Shown piece after piece: positions 60,758 through 64,000 of a stretch of 64,000 nt of DNA (positions within the stretch are counted from its first letter, which is position 1; each line of letters starts with the position of its first letter). The DNA comes from Candidatus Poribacteria bacterium (GTDB lineage Bacteria > Poribacteria > WGA-4E > PCPOR2b). The stretch is taken from positions 1,824,001-1,888,000 of the forward strand of contig OZ244042.1 of the NCBI GenBank assembly GCA_965215015.1. The letters are read 5' to 3'. Below the pieces are notes generated by a model. The model was not told the DNA's origin and made no database searches. It saw only the letters and a program-made list of their open reading frames with translations. The position numbers and the translations under genes were made by a program.

Positions 60758-63700
60758 ATGGAAAGGAGGGAAGAACAGAAACGACAAAATATAGCGAGAA
60801 AAGGAGGGAAATCAACTTTCCAGTTTTCCACCCCTCTTTCTCCCCAATTGCTTAATCGTTTTTTAAGATGCACGTTTTACCTTCTACGTTTTACGTCCCG
60901 TGTATCACTTTTTATACTTCACATCCTATCACTCGCGATTCTCACGTTCAGCCTAATTTCGCCCACGGGTGAATTGGCCGCCCAAACTGACCCGCCACCT
61001 GCTACCGATGAAGAGGTTTCCGGCATACAGACTGAGACGCCATCAGAAACCTCTCTAGCGACAGAGCCATCTGATCCCGAAGCCCCCGTTGATGAGGAAT
61101 CGTCCGCAATAGCCCCTGAAGAAACATCAGAAACCCCGACAGTCCCAGACGCATCTTCACCTGAAGAACCCGCCCAAACCAGTCGAAAACTCGATCCGGA
61201 GAACATGTCACCCGAACCGGGGGACCTGCTTGCAAAGGGCGATGATCTGACTTTTCACAATAACCTTATCCAAATCCACGGCAATGGACTGATCAAATAC
61301 GACGAAGTTGTGCTCTATGCTGACCATATCTGGGCAGACTTTGAGGAAAATATGATGCGGGCATCGGGAAACGTGCATCTCCTCGTCGGGAACGAAGAAA
61401 CTTTCGCAAACGAACTCCTTTACAACATAAAAACAAAAAAAGGAATTATTCGCGAAGGGTTCACTTTCAGTGATCCATGGTACTACCGCGGTACTGACAT
61501 CTTCAAAGTCGAAGATGATGAATCCTACATCCGTGGTGGAACTTTGACAACATGCTCTCTCAAACACCCCCACTTCTACTTCAGCGCATCTCAGATTATC
61601 GTCAAGATAAACAAAGAGTTGATTGCCAAGAATATCGTTCTGAGGATCGGGGGGGTGCCGCTCTTCTATTTTCCTGCCTACCGCCGTGATCTTCGCAAGG
61701 AAGACAAGGTCGCCAAAATCATCGTCAAAGTTGGAACTGATAGCTATCAGGGGGTATTCCTTAGCGTAATCTTGCCACTGGCGCGTCGCCAGCGATATGA
61801 CGGTGCCCTGCTGTTCGATCACTCGAGCCGTCGAGGAAGTGGAGGGGGTTTTGAAGGGAAATACCGTGTAAACGATGTCCGATTCCAAGAGATTCTCGTG
61901 CCTTTGCATCCCGATGCAACACCGAGCGAGCGAGCGAAACTAGAAGAGAAAGCGCAGGAATTATCAGACCGGCTGGAGGGCGAGTATGACCGGTATCAGC
62001 TGCGCCAACTCTTTCTGGAATATAAAATCTCTGAAGAAGACATCGCCGCTGCTCTCGAAAAGGCGGAGAACATCCAGGCCCAACTACAAGAGGCAGACGC
62101 AGATTTCGCAAAGATTGCACAAGATAAATCAACCGATCAGGAGACGCGCTATCAGGGGGGTGACATGGGGTTTTTGGTGCGAGGGGAACGGGATGAAGAA
62201 GACAAACTGCGGCTAGATCCAATCCTCGAAGAGGCTATCTTTCAACTCGAACCGGGGGAAATTACACCGATTCTCAGGACAGAAGCTGGATTCCATATTT
62301 TAAAGGTCGATCGTGCGCTTGATGTATATGGTCAACGAGAACTCCAGATTAGCCGAATTGATGTAGCAATCGAACCAAGCCAAGAGACCCGCGACACAAT
62401 TCAGATGACCGCAAAAGAAATCCAGGAACGCGCAGATGCAGGAGAGGTACTCGAACAATTAGTTGGACAATATGAGGGAGTTGAAGTTTCTGAAGCTAAT
62501 GAAGGCGCAGGGTTTCTGTTGAATGAAATGGATCGGCGTTGGAAGCACCCCGTAAGCCGACTAGAGACCCCTGGAGAAATAACTTGGCCCATATACACCG
62601 ACCGAGGTGTCTATATCCTTCAGTTAATCGAAAAGGAACCGACCCCGACCTTTGAAGAAATTGCACGTCAATTTGAAGCGGAATGGGAAGCGATTGAAAA
62701 GGAATTGGGGCAAACTGCAACAACAGAAAACGATGAAAGTGAACAACAGGAAGAAGGGATAGAGGGACAGGATAGTCACGAGATAAACACGGATGGGGCG
62801 GGAAGCGAAGAGAAGGCTGATAGAGGGACACCAGAAGATAACCCACAAGGTGCTTTGAAGCCCGATAAAATCGGGGACGATGAGACAACGGATCTGCCGG
62901 AAGAAGATACGGAACCGGAGAAGGTGCAGGTCTACCAGCAATACGATTATCGAGGACGGTGGGAGACGCTGCCCCAAATCTTCTCACAATCACAGCGACT
63001 CTATGCCGGAGATCACAGCTCAATGATCAAGACAGGTACTGGATATCGTCTGATTAAAGTCGATAAAAGGCGTACTTATAGGGGCGACCTCTACTTTTAT
63101 ACCAATGATGAGTTTTCTTTTAATCGCCAAAAGCCATTCAAAACGGGGCGGCGATGGAATCTCCGGTGGGGGCACCGGCACGCTTTCTACACACCGTGGG
63201 ACAGCCGGGCCAGGGGACGACGGCCTGTGAGTTTTGTAGGACGGGTGGCGTGGCGAGCAAAGGATTTTGAAGAGGAGGGATTTGGAATCAGTGAATCTAC
63301 TATCAATTCTTTTGGTATGTTCACATGGGGAACCGCCTTTCATTCGCTGAATTATCAAGATAGAGACGAAGACGGAAACTTAAAATTTTCGCACAAGACA
63401 ATTGGGGAATTCTTGGGACGGCTACAGGTTAATCATACCTTAAACCTTACGGGTGAAGGGACAACAACCTTGCAAAAGCTACCCGCACTCAATCTTTCGC
63501 TTAGACGCATGCGCTTAGATCGGTTGCCTGTTTTCAAAACTATTAATTCAGGGCTAACCGAAGTTGCCGATCGGTTATACACCGAGCTCCCAATCCTTTC
63601 GATGTTTGCCTTTCCGACGCTTGAGAACATCAGTTTTGATCTGGAGACGAACTTCGGTAATTTTTTCCGTGAACGGTTTCGAGACGAAGAAAATGTCTAT

Positions 63701-64000
63701 TTGCAAACAATGGATCTCGGGTTTGATCTTCGTAAGCAATCAGTACTCCAAATAATCCCGAATCGCGAGTTGCGACTCGACGCGGATTTCGACACCAACC
63801 TCATTTGGCATGACAAAGATCGGGAAGGAAATCAGAATATTTTCCGAGGTATATACAGCACCCGGCTCTCTGCCAGCAATCTGCTGTTTCGGATCTATGA
63901 CATCAGCTTCATTCCAGGGGCGCGGCGGATGCGCCATCAAATCAACTCAAGGGTATCATTTGATTACGCACCACCTGTCGACAGAGAAGATGCTCCCCAA
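60758..64000 (+). CDS. lptD: LptD-like LPS-assembly protein with inserted parvulin domains (3'-partial)
   Basis: Frame +2 is open to the window end by manual translation: LYADHI, ASGNV, TTCSLKHPH, GVPLFYFP, then PPIase motifs and aromatic beta-strands; start is 60758 or the TTG at 60848. Confidence 0.8.
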   Translation, partial: MERREEQKRQNIARKGGKSTFQFSTPLSPQLLNRFLRCTFYLLRFTSRVSLFILHILSLAILTFSLISPTGELAAQTDPPPATDEEVSGIQTETPSETSLATEPSDPEAPVDEESSAIAPEETSETPTVPDASSPEEPAQTSRKLDPENMSPEPGDLLAKGDDLTFHNNLIQIHGNGLIKYDEVVLYADHIWADFEENMMRASGNVHLLVGNEETFANELLYNIKTKKGIIREGFTFSDPWYYRGTDIFKVEDDESYIRGGTLTTCSLKHPHFYFSASQIIVKINKELIAKNIVLRIGGVPLFYFPAYRRDLRKEDKVAKIIVKVGTDSYQGVFLSVILPLARRQRYDGALLFDHSSRRGSGGGFEGKYRVNDVRFQEILVPLHPDATPSERAKLEEKAQELSDRLEGEYDRYQLRQLFLEYKISEEDIAAALEKAENIQAQLQEADADFAKIAQDKSTDQETRYQGGDMGFLVRGERDEEDKLRLDPILEEAIFQLEPGEITPILRTEAGFHILKVDRALDVYGQRELQISRIDVAIEPSQETRDTIQMTAKEIQERADAGEVLEQLVGQYEGVEVSEANEGAGFLLNEMDRRWKHPVSRLETPGEITWPIYTDRGVYILQLIEKEPTPTFEEIARQFEAEWEAIEKELGQTATTENDESEQQEEGIEGQDSHEINTDGAGSEEKADRGTPEDNPQGALKPDKIGDDETTDLPEEDTEPEKVQVYQQYDYRGRWETLPQIFSQSQRLYAGDHSSMIKTGTGYRLIKVDKRRTYRGDLYFYTNDEFSFNRQKPFKTGRRWNLRWGHRHAFYTPWDSRARGRRPVSFVGRVAWRAKDFEEEGFGISESTINSFGMFTWGTAFHSLNYQDRDEDGNLKFSHKTIGEFLGRLQVNHTLNLTGEGTTTLQKLPALNLSLRRMRLDRLPVFKTINSGLTEVADRLYTELPILSMFAFPTLENISFDLETNFGNFFRERFRDEENVYLQTMDLGFDLRKQSVLQIIPNRELRLDADFDTNLIWHDKDREGNQNIFRGIYSTRLSASNLLFRIYDISFIPGARRMRHQINSRVSFDYAPPVDREDAPQ

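Noticed and set aside
60919-63940. Multiple minus-strand ORFs in the track
   Set aside because: All are antisense to the long plus-strand LptD-like ORF

Overview
Bacterial chromosomal window of moderate GC. Gene content and repeat style suggest Candidatus Poribacteria or a similar lineage (inference). From left to right it contains: (1) a 3x173-bp tandem repeat, then a Tat-exported PaoABC/YagTSR-type molybdenum hydroxylase operon with a small Cys-rich fourth ORF. (2) A defence-like accessory island at about 5-20 kb. It holds a PLD-SNF2 helicase plus an N6-adenine methyltransferase, cassette-like AT-rich genes separated by promoter-carrying repeats, echoes of the methyltransferase 3' end, and an antitoxin-like/TPR/ABC-ATPase fusion followed by a PIN-like protein. 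(3) A long run of metabolic genes, including three enolase-superfamily dehydratases, PhyH, PhnP, nucleoside hydrolase, GldF/GldG-like ABC components, DmpA, SDR, ArsM and AccD. (4) mfd, three SurA/PrsA-type chaperones, and an LptD-like gene that runs off the end and carries nested parvulin domains inside its barrel region. The ORF track missed or truncated a UxxC selenoprotein (44242-44583), the LptD-like gene, a triple-nonsense pseudogene, miniature IS200/IS605 derivatives, a MITE with TIRs and TSD, a candidate ncRNA, and REP-like palindromes lying in frame inside proteins. No rRNA, tRNA or CRISPR array was seen.
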